From: Lama glama
Taxonomy: Eukaryota
Length of the DNA: 64,000 nt
Direction: 5' to 3'
Assembly (NCBI GenBank): GCA_028534125.1
Contig: JAPYYK010000103.1
Location: forward strand, 1,302,001-1,366,000
Positions 1 through 12,545 of this stretch are shown here, piece by piece; the first letter of the stretch is position 1, and each line of letters opens with the position of its first letter. The notes under the pieces were generated by a model. The model made no database searches. It had not been told where the DNA came from and saw only the letters and a list, made by a program, of their open reading frames with translations. Both the position numbers and the translations under genes were made by a program.

Positions 1-3000
1 TTCCTCCTTCAACAGAAGGCTCTTAGCCAACTGAGGAATGTCAGACTGCTTTCTGTGGGGCTCTGTCATCCATTATGGGGGTGAAATAAGGGATAGAAGC
101 AGGTGCAGCAAGATGATTCCGTGTTCTTTTTATTTTGCACCCAGAAGGTACCCATTTCTTCTCTGCTTCAGATATACTAGTTACTCTACTCTGAAGATCC
201 TACATGGAACTTCAGGTACAGCTATTACTCCAGTAAAGCTGCATCCTAGAAACTTGAGTGGATCAAGCTAGAGTTTAACAGTGATGCACTGATGATAAAC
301 AAATGCCATCATCTGAAAGTGGGAACTGAAAGCCAGGCAGGGAAAATGTATGGCATTTGGGAAGAACGAGCCTCCTCGTTAGGGAGATGCTACTGGTTAG
401 TAAGAAAGGCACCAGTTAAACAGTTCACAGAAGTCCTTCATTTTAATAAGCACCCCATCAAAACATAATTGTTTCAATTTAAGTCTTTATAAAAACCTTT
501 TTTGTTTCCTGTTTCAGGTTTGAAAATTCCTTATTAAAAGCAGCAAAATGAAAACCTTAAGAATGTAGCTTTAAGAAAGCATTTATCCAAGAACAAATCT
601 TCTGCAGAATAAACAAAAGCAAGAAAAGGCTACCCACAATTTTTAAAAATTCATTCAATCAATAAAGAAGATAGATATCACTTACATACCACAATCATTG
701 CAAAGAATAACATTTAAACTTCATATAATGAACGAAATAACAAATATAGAATACTTTGTTTAATAAGGAAGGTGAGTATATAATATAATTTTGAAATATT
801 TTTAAGTAAAATAAAAGGAGGAAAGGCACTATCGTCTTCTGAAGATAAGCTTCACCTATCTAGAAAATTCACTTAAATAGAGCCCTAAAATCCCCTAGCA
901 TGGTGGACCCACAAATAATACTGAAATAGGTGAATATTTTAATGAACATCTCATATTACAGTAACCCTACAGCACAGAGGTGTACTCAGAATTAAAGCAG
1001 ATGTTCTGGGAAAGCATATCACTATTTCTAAAGAGAGATAACCCATTATATAGGATAAAAGTGCTCCAAGAAAAGGGTATTCATTTATATTTATTTTTGC
1101 AAACTAGATCTTGGTTATTCAGTATTTCCAGAATGAACTTTCACTGATGCCTGAAGATTATGAGCAAACTATAAATATAAGAACTTGGATTTCAAAACTA
1201 TTTGTATCAACCTTAGGATCCAATTGTCATGACCTTTTAAGCCTTCCAAGGCACTACAGATTTATCACTCCCCAGGCGTTCCAAAGGACTTGAAAAGGAT
1301 TTTTATCGCAATAGATAGCATTTAAGTTCACTCGCTGTGCTCACTTGCTGGTGAACATCATGGCTACAGATTGGATGAAAACTGTATTTAAAGATAACTA
1401 ATCAAATGGTTAGATCAAAAGATATCATCAAACAAGTACTGGAAAGCCTGATAAGGATGATAAAGAACTAACTGTGGAGATTTTAAAGGATTAACTTACC
1501 TCCTTGAAGAGGTAAGGCTTAGAATCTATTACCTTCAGGGCTCCCATGCAGAAAGCCAGCAGCTGCAAATTACTACTTAGTTTTACAAAGTAAAGTTCAC
1601 GTAAAGAAAGCAGATAGCAGTAGGCATCAAAGGAAGTAGAATGTGTTAATTACTAAGGACCCTGTGGCATTTACATGAGATCTTAAGGTTACTATCCATT
1701 TAACTCTTTAAAAAAAGAAAATCCTACCATGCTAACTATTTTATTCCTACATGCCAGGAAGATTAGACAAGTTGCCCAAGGCCACTCAGCCTGCTGACTG
1801 GCCTGTCATTCAGAGTCCCCAGTAGTGAATCATGCCATCAGAGAACTGATTTATATGCCCATATGGCATTTGGATATAGCATTTCTTCTTTTTTTCCAGG
1901 AGATATATATATTTTTTGCATATCACAATAATCTAAAGGAAAGAGAGAAAACAGTGTTTGATGGAGCAAACTCTACTCTAGGGTATTCAGAGCAATACTG
2001 AAACTATAAATTATACAGCAAGCAAAGTCCTGTGGGACTAGCGCCCATTTGATGAGAGACGAAGCCTTTTAAATAAAGAAGGAAACTCCACCTCCCCTAT
2101 TACCCATGACAGATGCATAATTGCTTGGCTCTTTTCAACATCCTGTCCCACTCACTTACTATCATGCTATAAGCGGAGCTGAGACACTGTCTTTTAATTT
2201 CCATGGTCCTGCACAGAATATCAATAAAGGCATGGGAGACAAGCACATATGTTTACCATCTTTCTCTTGGAAATTTAGCACAATGAGATTAATTCAGGGG
2301 AACCAAAGAGCTTTCCTTTTCTTTCTCATCTTTCTCTTTAGATTACTTCTGTAGCTGCTGTGCTTGTAGTGTAATGTAGGTCAATGACACCATCAGAGGT
2401 TTTTTGCTAACATGACGATCTGCTTTGGAGAAAGAAGGAAGGAAAGCAAGAGGCAAGGGAGAGAGGGATTCCATCAGTTGGGAGGATGTGGGGCTGGACA
2501 GAAAAAGATCTTCTCCTCCTAATGTTTATGTCTGGATAGAGACAAAACCACAACACTCGAATAAGAGGCTGTCCCTTTTGAAGATGTAAACTTCCGTTTC
2601 AATGGCACTTAAGACATGCTATAAGAAACTGTTTCACTGAAAGCACTGGGCTCTGGTTGCCATCTCTGCCTCAAAAGTCCAAAGGTTCTATTGCCTGTCC
2701 CTCCCCTCTGGGCTCAGATGTTAAGTTGGCAGATCTCAGATGTTGAGTTTGCAGATCCATACAAGAATAGTGATTTCTCTTGGCTGGTGATTTCTGGCTG
2801 TGGTTTTGCAGGCTTTTCACTGAGATGTAAAATGAGGTCCTGACTACCCAGAGTCATTAAGCCTCCCTGGAAACTTTCTGCAAGGGTAGTGATATTAACA
2901 GCAATTGCCCTGGCCAGATTCCATTCCAAGTAATTGGATTCCACCAGGCAGTTTGTGACAAAAGCCTTTTCCCATGTCGTCTTCTTGGGTTCCTCTGCCC

Positions 3001-4332
3001 ATCAGATACCAGCTGCTGAGCTCCAACTACTTTGGAGTCAAAACAGAGTTTCCGGAGCACAGTCATCTGTAGAATATGCATGGCTAGACAAATCCCCACA
3101 GCCTCCTTTGTCATCTGCAATGATTCCCCCGTTAGCTTACGATGTCAAAGCATTCTTGAAATTTTCCCTGTTTCCAAGATCCAGCTCCAAACTTTTCTCT
3201 TTCAAAGAGTCCTTCAAAAGCCTATCCTGTAAGGATTAATCCTACATTCGCCCAAGTTTCCTCATCATGGTACTAATGCAGTATTAGACTATTTAACTCA
3301 GCTCAATAAATATGCACCCCTCTGTGTTTGTGATTTTCTGTTCCTCGCCACCATATAATAGATGAGCGAACAGGATACCTGTTATTAACTCTATTCATAT
3401 GAAGAAACAGTGGTACCCAAAACCATGTTGCTTTGCATGTGCATCAGACGAGAGTATATTTACAGCAAAGTGATAAATGATGTCCTTTGCTAATGAAAGT
3501 GGTAATTAAAATCAGAAGACTCTGCTGCCTTCATCCTAGTTAGGAATCTTGTTTCCTTTCTGAAATTCCCTCTGCACTGTAGGTAGCGCTTTCCTTTTAC
3601 AATTTTGCAAAAACTGAGTGCCCCACCCCTCAAAAAAAAAAAAACCTGCAAGGTGTAATCCTCCCAGAATATGCTTTGTACTTCTTTTTTTCCCCCATAC
3701 ACGTGTTTGTCCATACCTCAACTAAAGCCTTTACCATATAAAGCTCACCTTTCTTCTCATGGTCACATTTTCCCAAAAAGTTATCTTGGAAATAACTATT
3801 AAAACATTGATCTTGTACATTTATTCCTTATTTTTCAAATATCTAAATATCTTTTCATACATGATTGCATTTTACTGTTAATAATCTTGAGAGACAGGAA
3901 AATTAGTACTTTGTCCATTTTCCAGATGGAATAAGATGTTCGGGATTCTACTACTGGTTCTGAAATAAAACCACCTGCTATGTATCTCAGAACAAATGGC
4001 TCAAACTCCTCTGGGCTTCCTTTTCTCCAAGACTGGTCCCACTGGTCATAATTCCCTAAAATAGAACCATCTTCTCCATGTAGCAAAAGCTCCCTGCAAC
4101 AGCAGGTACAGATGATTTCTACGGGGGAAAAAGAAATCTCCTACTTTGCAACTGTACTTTGAGTTTTCCTACAAAGGGCACATCAGAATAAAATGTCCAA
4201 TGGATTTTGAGTTCATAAAAAGAAAAAACAAAAACAAAAACAAAAACTGGTACCTTGAAAGAAAATTTGTGTCTAGTACAAGGTACTCAAGGATATTCAT
4301 CCTGTGTTTTTTGTGTTGTTTCTTTCTCTTTG

Positions 4333-4390
4333 TCTTTTTTTGAAGTAGAGTTGATTTACACTATTTTATTCGTTTCAGGTATACAGTGTA
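4333..4390 (-). mobile_element. Heavily 5'-truncated L1 3' tip (artiodactyl/camelid type)
   Basis: T-run followed by TGAAGTAGAGTTGATTTACACTATTTTATTCGTTTCAGGTATACAG, the reverse complement of the artiodactyl L1 3' terminus; same motif as at 14.6, 25.2 and 64.0 kb. Confidence 0.6.
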
Positions 4391-6344
4391 TGTTGTTTCA
4401 TTTCATGTTGCCATGCCCCTCATCCATGTGATCTTCCCCATCGCACAGAGGACTATGTCCCCAAGCACACACACCGGTGCCGCTGAGGCTGGCTGCCTCC
4501 AGGAGCCACGCTCTTAACCAACCATGCTTCAGCATCCATCTCAATGCAGGTAGGACGAAGCATCCCCAGGTGCTTGCAGCCCCTTTCCCGCTGCCACACA
4601 CAGTAGTCACATGGCTTCTTCTTGTTTTCCTACAAAACTTTAGAACTAAACCGGAAGAGTAAAGGGAAATAAAAAGGATATTGAACTTGTTCAGAGAAAA
4701 GCTGAGAGGGTTTTAAAGCAGTTTTGTGTTTTACTGCCAGTTGTAAAGAAAACAAGATGTGAGATTCAAGCCAAGTCATCACACTCAGATTCCATCTTTA
4801 CATATTTATTTTCCTAGCCAAGGCATATTTCCTCCCTCCCTTTCTTTTTATGGGGGGGGGGGCTATAAAGGTATACCATTTTTTAAAAACATAAAAAACA
4901 AAACAAAAAGAAACAACCTCCCAGACTAAAGAGCTGCTCTAAATTCCTGGACATCTGAAATGAAGCTTGACTTCGGCCTTGGCACAGAGACAGAAGGTGT
5001 TAGGGATGGGAAACTCACTCTTCTCTTGGCCGAGAGGCTCCATAGCCAGGCTGCCCTTCTGAGAAGACAGCGGGATCCAGTCTTCACTGGTCTCCTGGAA
5101 AGACCCTCTCATCTTGCCAGGATCCCCGGGCCAGCCCTGTTCAATTGACTAGTCACTGCGGGAACTTGAAAGACATGACAGCCAAACTGCACAACAGAGA
5201 TGAGTGACAGCTAAGCTTTGGCAGTGCTGGGTCAGAGGAGGGCTGAGCTGCTAAGTACAAAGGAAGGGACTAGAAAAGGAGCATCTGGTGGGATCCAATC
5301 CATTTATTCTTCCATTCATCTTACCACCTTCATAAACTCCCCTTCACGATGAACAAAATTTCCAGGATCTGTTTGGTAGGCTGATCTGAGCACCTACCTG
5401 GCTCTGGACTAAAGTTGAGAGAACCCTCTCTGTGCATTTATGTATGTCTCTTTTCAAACAGGAGTCATTTTCTTCCTTTGTTTTTGTTTATTTTTGTTTG
5501 TTTTATTTCACTTATCTAGTGTTTGTGGATGGGAGAGGGGAGACTTCATAAACATGAAATAAAAAGCATCCATGCTCACTACCAACTGTCTTTCTTTTGT
5601 AAGGTGGGGAATGTTCAAGTTCAGTGATAGGTGAAAGCTCACATATCCATGCTTCCTTAAAATTCCCCCCTCACTGGCCCAAACTCAAAACAATGACAAT
5701 CCCTCTCTTCCCTCATCTTGCAGACCACAACACGTGTTAGAATTGATTCCCAAATCTGTTTTTCAAAAAAAAAACTGCATTTTTTTTTCATATTCCACTC
5801 TCATCGGACCTTTGAATAGCAGTTTGTACCTAATAAGCCTGTGTGGGCTGCCTGTGTTTCATACCAGGACAGAGCCACTTGCTGCGCAAAGGATATGAAA
5901 TTAGAACTCTGGAATAATGGAGTGGAACGCTCAAAAAAGAAAATTTCAAGAAGCCCCCCTCCCTGAGCTTATCAAATGTCTTTGAAAACACTGTAAAAGT
6001 AGCCTCCCACACCTTTGCAAAGTTAAATTGCTAGTAAGCAGCTCTAGGCCATGGAGCAACAAAGAATGATTTCTTCTAGCCCTTACTTCACTCCTAGGAA
6101 AAAGAGCAGAAGGGTAATTCGCAGTCTGCACCACCTGCCTCCCTAATCCACTCCTGAAGACTGTGGCTTAACCCCTTCCTTAGATGCCCTGAGTGTACCT
6201 GCCTGCTCTAGACCTTGATCCCACCCAGTGGTCAAATGCATAATATGCTGTCTCCCTGCGAGGGGAATAAGGAATCCAGAAACCCAGTTTTCCTGTCAAC
6301 GGGACAAATGGAGAAAAATAGTTATTTCACATCAAATCTTCCAT

Positions 6345-6361
6345 TGGCCAGTAGAGGGCAG
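6345..6361 (+). promoter_or_regulatory. CTCF core motif
   Basis: TGGCCAGTAGAGGGCAG matches the consensus CCASYAGRKGGCRS at every position. Occupancy is not shown. Confidence 0.5.
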
Positions 6362-6551
6362 GTGACTCCAAACACATAACAAGTGTTTTATACTCATGTC
6401 ACCAACACCAAGAGTTCTACCTACTTATTTTATCGAGAAAAATGAAACCAAGAGATTCCTTGAAAAATGATTCGTTACTGTCAGTACAGCTCATCTTTGT
6501 TCAGGAATGTGTGGCCTCAGGTGCATATGGGGGGATGGGGGAGGTGGTACC

Positions 6552-6678
6552 CACTTAAAATGCAGATTCTCAGAGCTTCTGACCCAGAATTTCTGAGAAA
6601 CAGGCTGTCAGCATCTCCATTTTGAACAAACTCTCTAGATGACTCCTCTCTAGGCTGAGATTTAAGAACCTCAGTACT
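6552..6678. mobile_element. MER5-like hAT-Charlie MITE remnant
   Basis: TTAAAATGCAGATTCTC...CATTTTGAACAAACTCTCTAGATGACTC...TTTAAGAACC resembles MER5A/B; degraded. Confidence 0.5.
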
Positions 6679-8069
6679 AACTTGACCACCATTCCCTGGA
6701 TCTCTGAAAGTCAGGTGGACCTATCTTTAAGTATTTTCACATGTAGAGAGAAATCCAAAGGTTTCAGAACATTCAAGCTACTGCATTCTTCTATAAGTGG
6801 CTGAAAAACAGAATTACCGTTCCTGCTTGCTTCACTGAGCAGAAGTGAGTATCTCACATGCACCATTAAAAGAAATAACTGTGGCCCTAGGGAGATTATA
6901 CTCCTTAGTTAATATACAGGGAAGATGAATGGTAGCCAAGAAGCTTAGGGAAATTTCCACGTTGCCGAGTCCTTGTGAGGTTACGAGCTATATCATCTGG
7001 ACGGCCCACTCTCTGAGCCTTAGTTTTCTCAATGTTAAAACGGAGTTTAGGGCACTTACCCGGTTTCTGAAGTTTTGTTTTGTTTCATTTCTGCATCAAC
7101 AATCATCATGTGTGGAATATTTGCAGTTCATTTCACGTATGCATATCTGACAGTGTAGAGTTTATTATAATCACAGACTTGAGAAGCATGAACCATGGTT
7201 GTCCTGCTACTTCTCTGAAAGTGTGAGTCTGGGTTACTTCAAATACCACCTAACTTAAGAGGCAAAGGGAGGTTTCTGGTTCCCATTCAGATCTGGCTTA
7301 AACAAGGCATCCTCTTTAATACTTCCCATTGTATTTCTCCCTCTCATAGTTTTCATTGTTTCCTTTATACATTTGATGTAGAAAAAAAAATTGGGTGGGG
7401 ATATTCAAGAGGTTTATTCACTAGGGCCTATATGTTTAATCCTAGAAAAGCACATTTTTTTTTCTTCCCCACTGCTGCTACAGGAAATTGCTTAGAAGAA
7501 GAGGATCTCTTTTCCAAGGAATTGAGAGGAAGTGGTAGTTCCTGCAAAAAAAAAGTGTGTGCCTAGAGACTCAATGATGTACAGTATCTCAAAGATTAAA
7601 GGCGATGATGAGGTCACAAGGGGAAGAACAAGTCCAGGGCACTGTGTGCCTGTAGTGACAGAGGACCATTTCTCAGTTGTGATTTCTCCAAGCAGCATCA
7701 CTCAGGACAATGGACTCCACCTCTAAGGAGATCCTGTACCAAACATTGTCCAGTTGTCTTGCTCTGCATGTCACAGGCCACAAATGTGATGCTGGGAGAG
7801 GTACATTTCTGATCTGCATTCTCTCCAGTGGAAAACAACAACCCAGAGGACACAAATACATATTGCGAGTAAACAGAGGCAGCCTACTGGGCCCCCAGGG
7901 AAGCTCAGAGCCAGGGCGAGGGACAGTGCCAGTTACAGGACTGTCGTGACAGGGGAAAAGTACAGTGAGGGTCACTGCCTGTCCTCCTGCCATAGCAGGT
8001 CTGTCCCGATTATTGTTAGTAGCTCTAATCTAAGAAATACTGAGAAAAAAATATTCTCGAACTTCCTTT

Positions 8070-8170
8070 TATTTATTCATTTATCTATTCATCAATGTAT
8101 TCATTTTTTTTTTATCAGCAAGCATTGACTGAGTTCTTCCTGGGCGCCAGTACTGGGACCTGGCGCTAAA
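8070..8170 (-). mobile_element. L2 3' end
   Basis: ATTCATT-type tail followed by AGCATTGACTGAG...GCCAG..CTGG, the antisense L2 terminus pattern. Confidence 0.5.
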
Positions 8171-11169
8171 ATGAGGTTTCCTTGGGACTCTGCATGGAGT
8201 CTTTTTCAGATTTTACAAACATCAGGCTTATCCTGTAAAGCTGTCGAGGCTATTACCAAGAAATGATAAGCAAGAGGCTGGATTTTATACAAGCTGACTT
8301 AAAATGTGACATATGGTTTGCCTTTACATTTTCTCTGTGCTTTGCATTTTATCTGGGATTATATAATTCATATTTAAAACACGAAATTTAGGAAAGGTCT
8401 ATAGAGGAATCAGCACTTAGCCTCAAGAACACTAGCAAAAAGTACGCTTCCCAGACAGGAAACCGGAGCAACGTTTGGAGAATGGCAAACTGAAAGAGAA
8501 GAAACAGAACAGAAATGCGAAGACTGGGTTCTACCTAAAGACCACCAGCTGCTAACTAGGTCTCAGGGCTAAAATATCATAACCTTTCCTGCCCACCTCA
8601 CTGAGTTTGTGTAAGGATGAGACGATTATACACACATGCACACACACATTTATGTAAAACTTATGAAATATATTCTATTTTAAATATATAAGGTGGTCTC
8701 ATCACTCCCTCTTTCATATAAATGAGCTTTGGGAGAGAATGAATGAAAGGAAGATGGAAGGAAAAAAGAAAAGAAGAAAGGAGGGAAAGCAGAAACAAAT
8801 AAAGCAGTTGTAAACAGGTAATATCCAATTTCAATACCTCTCTCTGCTGCATATTTATTTCAGAGTTCTTTGTAATTCCCCTGAGTTGGGTTTATACACG
8901 AGGAACATAATGAACCATGGGCGAAACTCTGCTTTGTAATAAGTGGAGCCAAATGGTTTGAGTTTGATAATCTTCTGGGCTTCATCATATGAGCTTAACT
9001 AGCTCCCATTGGTTGCTGGGAAATGGGAGGCTGGCATGCATCTCCAGGGAGCCAGATGATCCCCACTTACCATGCTACACTCCCAGGATCTACCAAGACC
9101 CATGGGGTGGGAAAAGTGAAGTGCTTTTCCGGGAAACTTTAAGCCCTCATACAATATAATCTTCATGAATCTATAAAATTTCAAACAGTAAGGACAGGAG
9201 GAAGAGGGGGAGGATAATATAACTGCAGGAACTGTTTTCTCTGCAGATCAAAGAATTAATTCCATTTTCTCAGTCTGGTGGTTCGTCCTAACAGTGTAGG
9301 GAGAGGGTGGGAGGAAGAGGCTATTTCTACAAGAAGAGGACCGCACTTGTCCAGCTTTAATGCTTAGATCTGGAATTTTAAACTAAACAGGGAAAGGCAA
9401 ATTTCAAGCTCCATTTACTTTTAGCAAATTGGGACTTCTTGTCTTAATCTGAATACAGAGAGACTTTTCCTAGGCCACTGTGTTTACATATAACAACTTC
9501 TACCAAAATAAGTGGGCTGGTGGAATTTGGCTCAAACCTCATTAAAATGTCAGCAGCAGCATATCTGCCTCATAACAGGAGACGGGGGAAACAGAAGTAA
9601 AGAGTAGCAAGAGTTATAAAGGAGACGATATATTTCTGAATACATCATCAAGTTTATTTCTCTAAATTAGTACGTCTTAAGGCTTCTGGTCTGCCAGTGA
9701 TACTGATCTTCTCACGATAAGTATCTGTGATCTCAGACTACTTCTGGCTCTAGATGCCCTGATCTCAAATTCCCTTAAAGAGAGGAACTTAAGTTTACCT
9801 AAAAGGCTACCATCCTAGCCTTGTGGTAATAACATATAATTTGACGCGCAGAGGACTCCGTGCCTGACTTCCACACTCGGGAGTTTCAGTCCTTCTGTCA
9901 GTCTGCCACGGAGCAGGCCAGCTCTGCCTGGGGCAGAATGGCCCTGCAATTAACAACAAATCACTATCCTGAAGTAACTGGCATGCTCTGCCAATATGTG
10001 AATCTGGGATATACCTGCAGGCAATGTCCCAATTTTTGCCTAATTATTTTATTTATGTAAGGTCTTCATTTGTGTCGACAAAGAAAAAAAGGTGATTTAA
10101 CTGAAAACTTGTTAAGTCTTGTGGTCTGCCCCTTTTTCTTCCAGAGAAAACATACGTTTCCATTCTCAGGTCAGGCTCTTATTGTTTTGGAAAGAAAAAG
10201 AAGAAAGCTAAGAAGAATGCATCCCACCAGTGACACCAGGCACAGAGCCAGAATTACAGCAAGCACTGCAGCGGTAAGAAGCAAGAGATTTTCATTGGTG
10301 CCCAGGGGTAAAGGTCAGCTGTCTTGGAACAATGGGCATCTCTGGTGGTAACTGACTGAGTCCTCTGTGGGAGTTTGTAAATGTCAGTAATGCACTTCCA
10401 AATGGAGGCACAAAGGGCTTGGGCCCATGGAACAAAGACAGCATTAGCCAGATGAGGAAATATGTAAATGTGTTGGTTAAATAATGCATTCATAAAGCGT
10501 AAGAGGTAGCCACACACAAACCAACCACATAACTTAAATTCAAAAGAAAGCAAACTGCCTCCAATATCAGACAAGTGCCTTCATGAGATGCAATGTCTTT
10601 TTCCCTAGCTTACCTTCAGCTCTTTTCCTGGAATTCAAACACTATAATTATCTGAGTCCAGCTGGATGGGTGATTTGGCTCCTAGAGCTACAGTCATCCT
10701 AGTGAAATCCGGGTTTATTGAAAGAGAAAACATCAGCATTTATTAAGTCATAGCTGTTCTTTCAAGAGAATTTAGGTCCCTTTTAGAAAGTAGTGGGAGA
10801 AAAAGATGAACTACAAGTTACTGAAACACCAGAAGTGCACACTGACCCACCAAATCAGGAGGACCTGACTAATCCTCCTTGACTGCTTACACTGCCTCTC
10901 TTATTGCCATGTTTCACTCCATTCTTCTCATTTCCCCCTGTTACCTACTGCCCTGATCTGGACGCTCTCCTAAGTGTTCAGTAAGTTTAATGGGACTGGA
11001 TTGTTTAAATCAACAATTAGGGTGAATATTCTGTCAGAGGAGCACTTTTAGGATGCAAAAGAGTAGGACATATATGCTAATCAGATTATTCGTATTTCAG
11101 GCAGTGAAAGGTACCATACCCATTATTAATGTAAATGCCATGCTCATCCCTACCTGCGTACCTCTCACT

Positions 11170-11600
11170 TTAATCTCCTTGTCTTAGCAGACTTAGTAGA
11201 CTGGGTCGTTTTATGCACATTTGTATCTCTACAACTAGCACTCAATAAATGTTGATTGAACTAAATTACACATACGTATTTTTGTGAATGTCATGATCCT
11301 GTGTCATACTGGTTTGCTTCATTGATCAATCAAAGCCCTCTCATGCTGTCTTCCTGACTATCCCAGGTGACAGTTCTCTCCAAATTCTTAGAGCCTTTGT
11401 CATCTGTACTGTACTGTACATCCATCATCTTCTGTCTTGTACTATTCTTTAATTGCATCCCTGTAGAGGGAAAGTAAACTCTAAAAGGGCAATGCAAGAG
11501 TCACACTTTTCTATACACATAAATATATATGTATATTATTTACCAATGTGTTTGCAAAGCACTGGGCACAAGCCAGTGTTCAATAAAATACGTGTCAATT
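11170..11600 (+). mobile_element. L2 3' fragments
   Basis: Two L2-type termini (GCACTCAATAAATGTTGATTGAA; GTGTTCAATAAAATA) preceded by the TAGACT/GTAAACTC...AGGGCA motif. Confidence 0.5.
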
Positions 11601-12049
11601 GATTTCTTAAAATTGCACCTCCAAATCTCTTCAATAGTTCTGGATGACCAAATGTTACTTAAGATAAATGCTGAATATATCAACTCTATAATAAGGTAAA
11701 TTTTTTTGGTATTAATTGTTAATAATGTTGCCACTGCCTGCTTATTTATTTTATAAAGATAGGAAGATTTATAAGAATTTTAAAATTTAAATTATTATGT
11801 TAGAATTATAATTCAATTGGCATGAGGACTTCTACTTGTGTCTAATTAGTCAGTACAGTCAGATATAAATAGAAATTAATATGTTAAAATAGGTACAAAT
11901 AGTCAAAATAGGCACATACTTTTTCATTTATATTGGCAAATCAATCAATGCTATGTATGCACTGTGGTCTGTCAACAGTGGTTTCTCACAACACATACAC
12001 TGAAAGACACTTTTCATCTTCTTTTTCCCTCACTTTTGACAAATATCTG

Positions 12050-12280
12050 TTCTCTGCAAAGCCTTCTTTGAGTGCCCCCAAACAGAGTTCTATGTACTTA
12101 GCTATTATGACACATAACTTCAGTCCTGTAGTGGACTGTTTATACATTCATCTCCTCTGCCAGACTGCACAATCTTTAAGAGCAAAGACAACGTCTTTAT
12201 TTCTATTCTACTTCCTAGTTCTTAAAAAAGATCTGGCACAAAATAAGCATTTAATAATTCTCACTGAGTTGACAAATGAT
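12050..12280 (+). mobile_element. L2 3' fragment
   Basis: CCAGACTGCACAATCTTTAAGAGCAAAGAC...CTGGCACAAAATAAGCATTTAATAA, the L2 terminus pattern. Confidence 0.5.
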
Positions 12281-12319
12281 AGCATAAGGCATGGCCATAT
12301 AGTAAGAAACGGATAAAGA

Positions 12320-12545
12320 TGATAACAATGAGAATACCTGAATACCTGCTGTATGTCAGGCACTTCTTTTTTGCTTTACCTCTTCTCATAACTACCTCTT
12401 GATATTGACACAATCGTTTTATTTTATTGTAGAGATGAGGACACTGTATAACAAACAAACCAACAAATGAAACGTCGGCTAAGGGCACACACCTAGTCTG
12501 TGGCTTCGCTGGAATTTAAAGGCAGGCCGACTGGCTCCAGGGCCC
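12320..12545 (-). mobile_element. MIR SINE
   Basis: ATTTTATTGTAGAGATGAGGACACTG...GGCTAAGGGCACACACCTAGT...GGAATTTAAAGGCAGGCCGACTGGCTCCAG, antisense MIR core. Confidence 0.6.

Noticed and set aside
2714-3239. Overlapping ORFs and a possible 86-nt minus-strand exon (DRLLKDSLKEKSLELDLGNRENFKNALTS)
   Set aside because: Weak polypyrimidine tract, no recognisable protein, and out of frame with the nearest upstream candidate exon.
10160-10489. Hydrophobic TM-like peptide on the minus strand (LLLLTAAVLAVILALCLVSLVGCILLSFLLF)
   Set aside because: Antisense reading of an A/G-rich stretch; needs a frameshift to join the upstream ORF; no known match.
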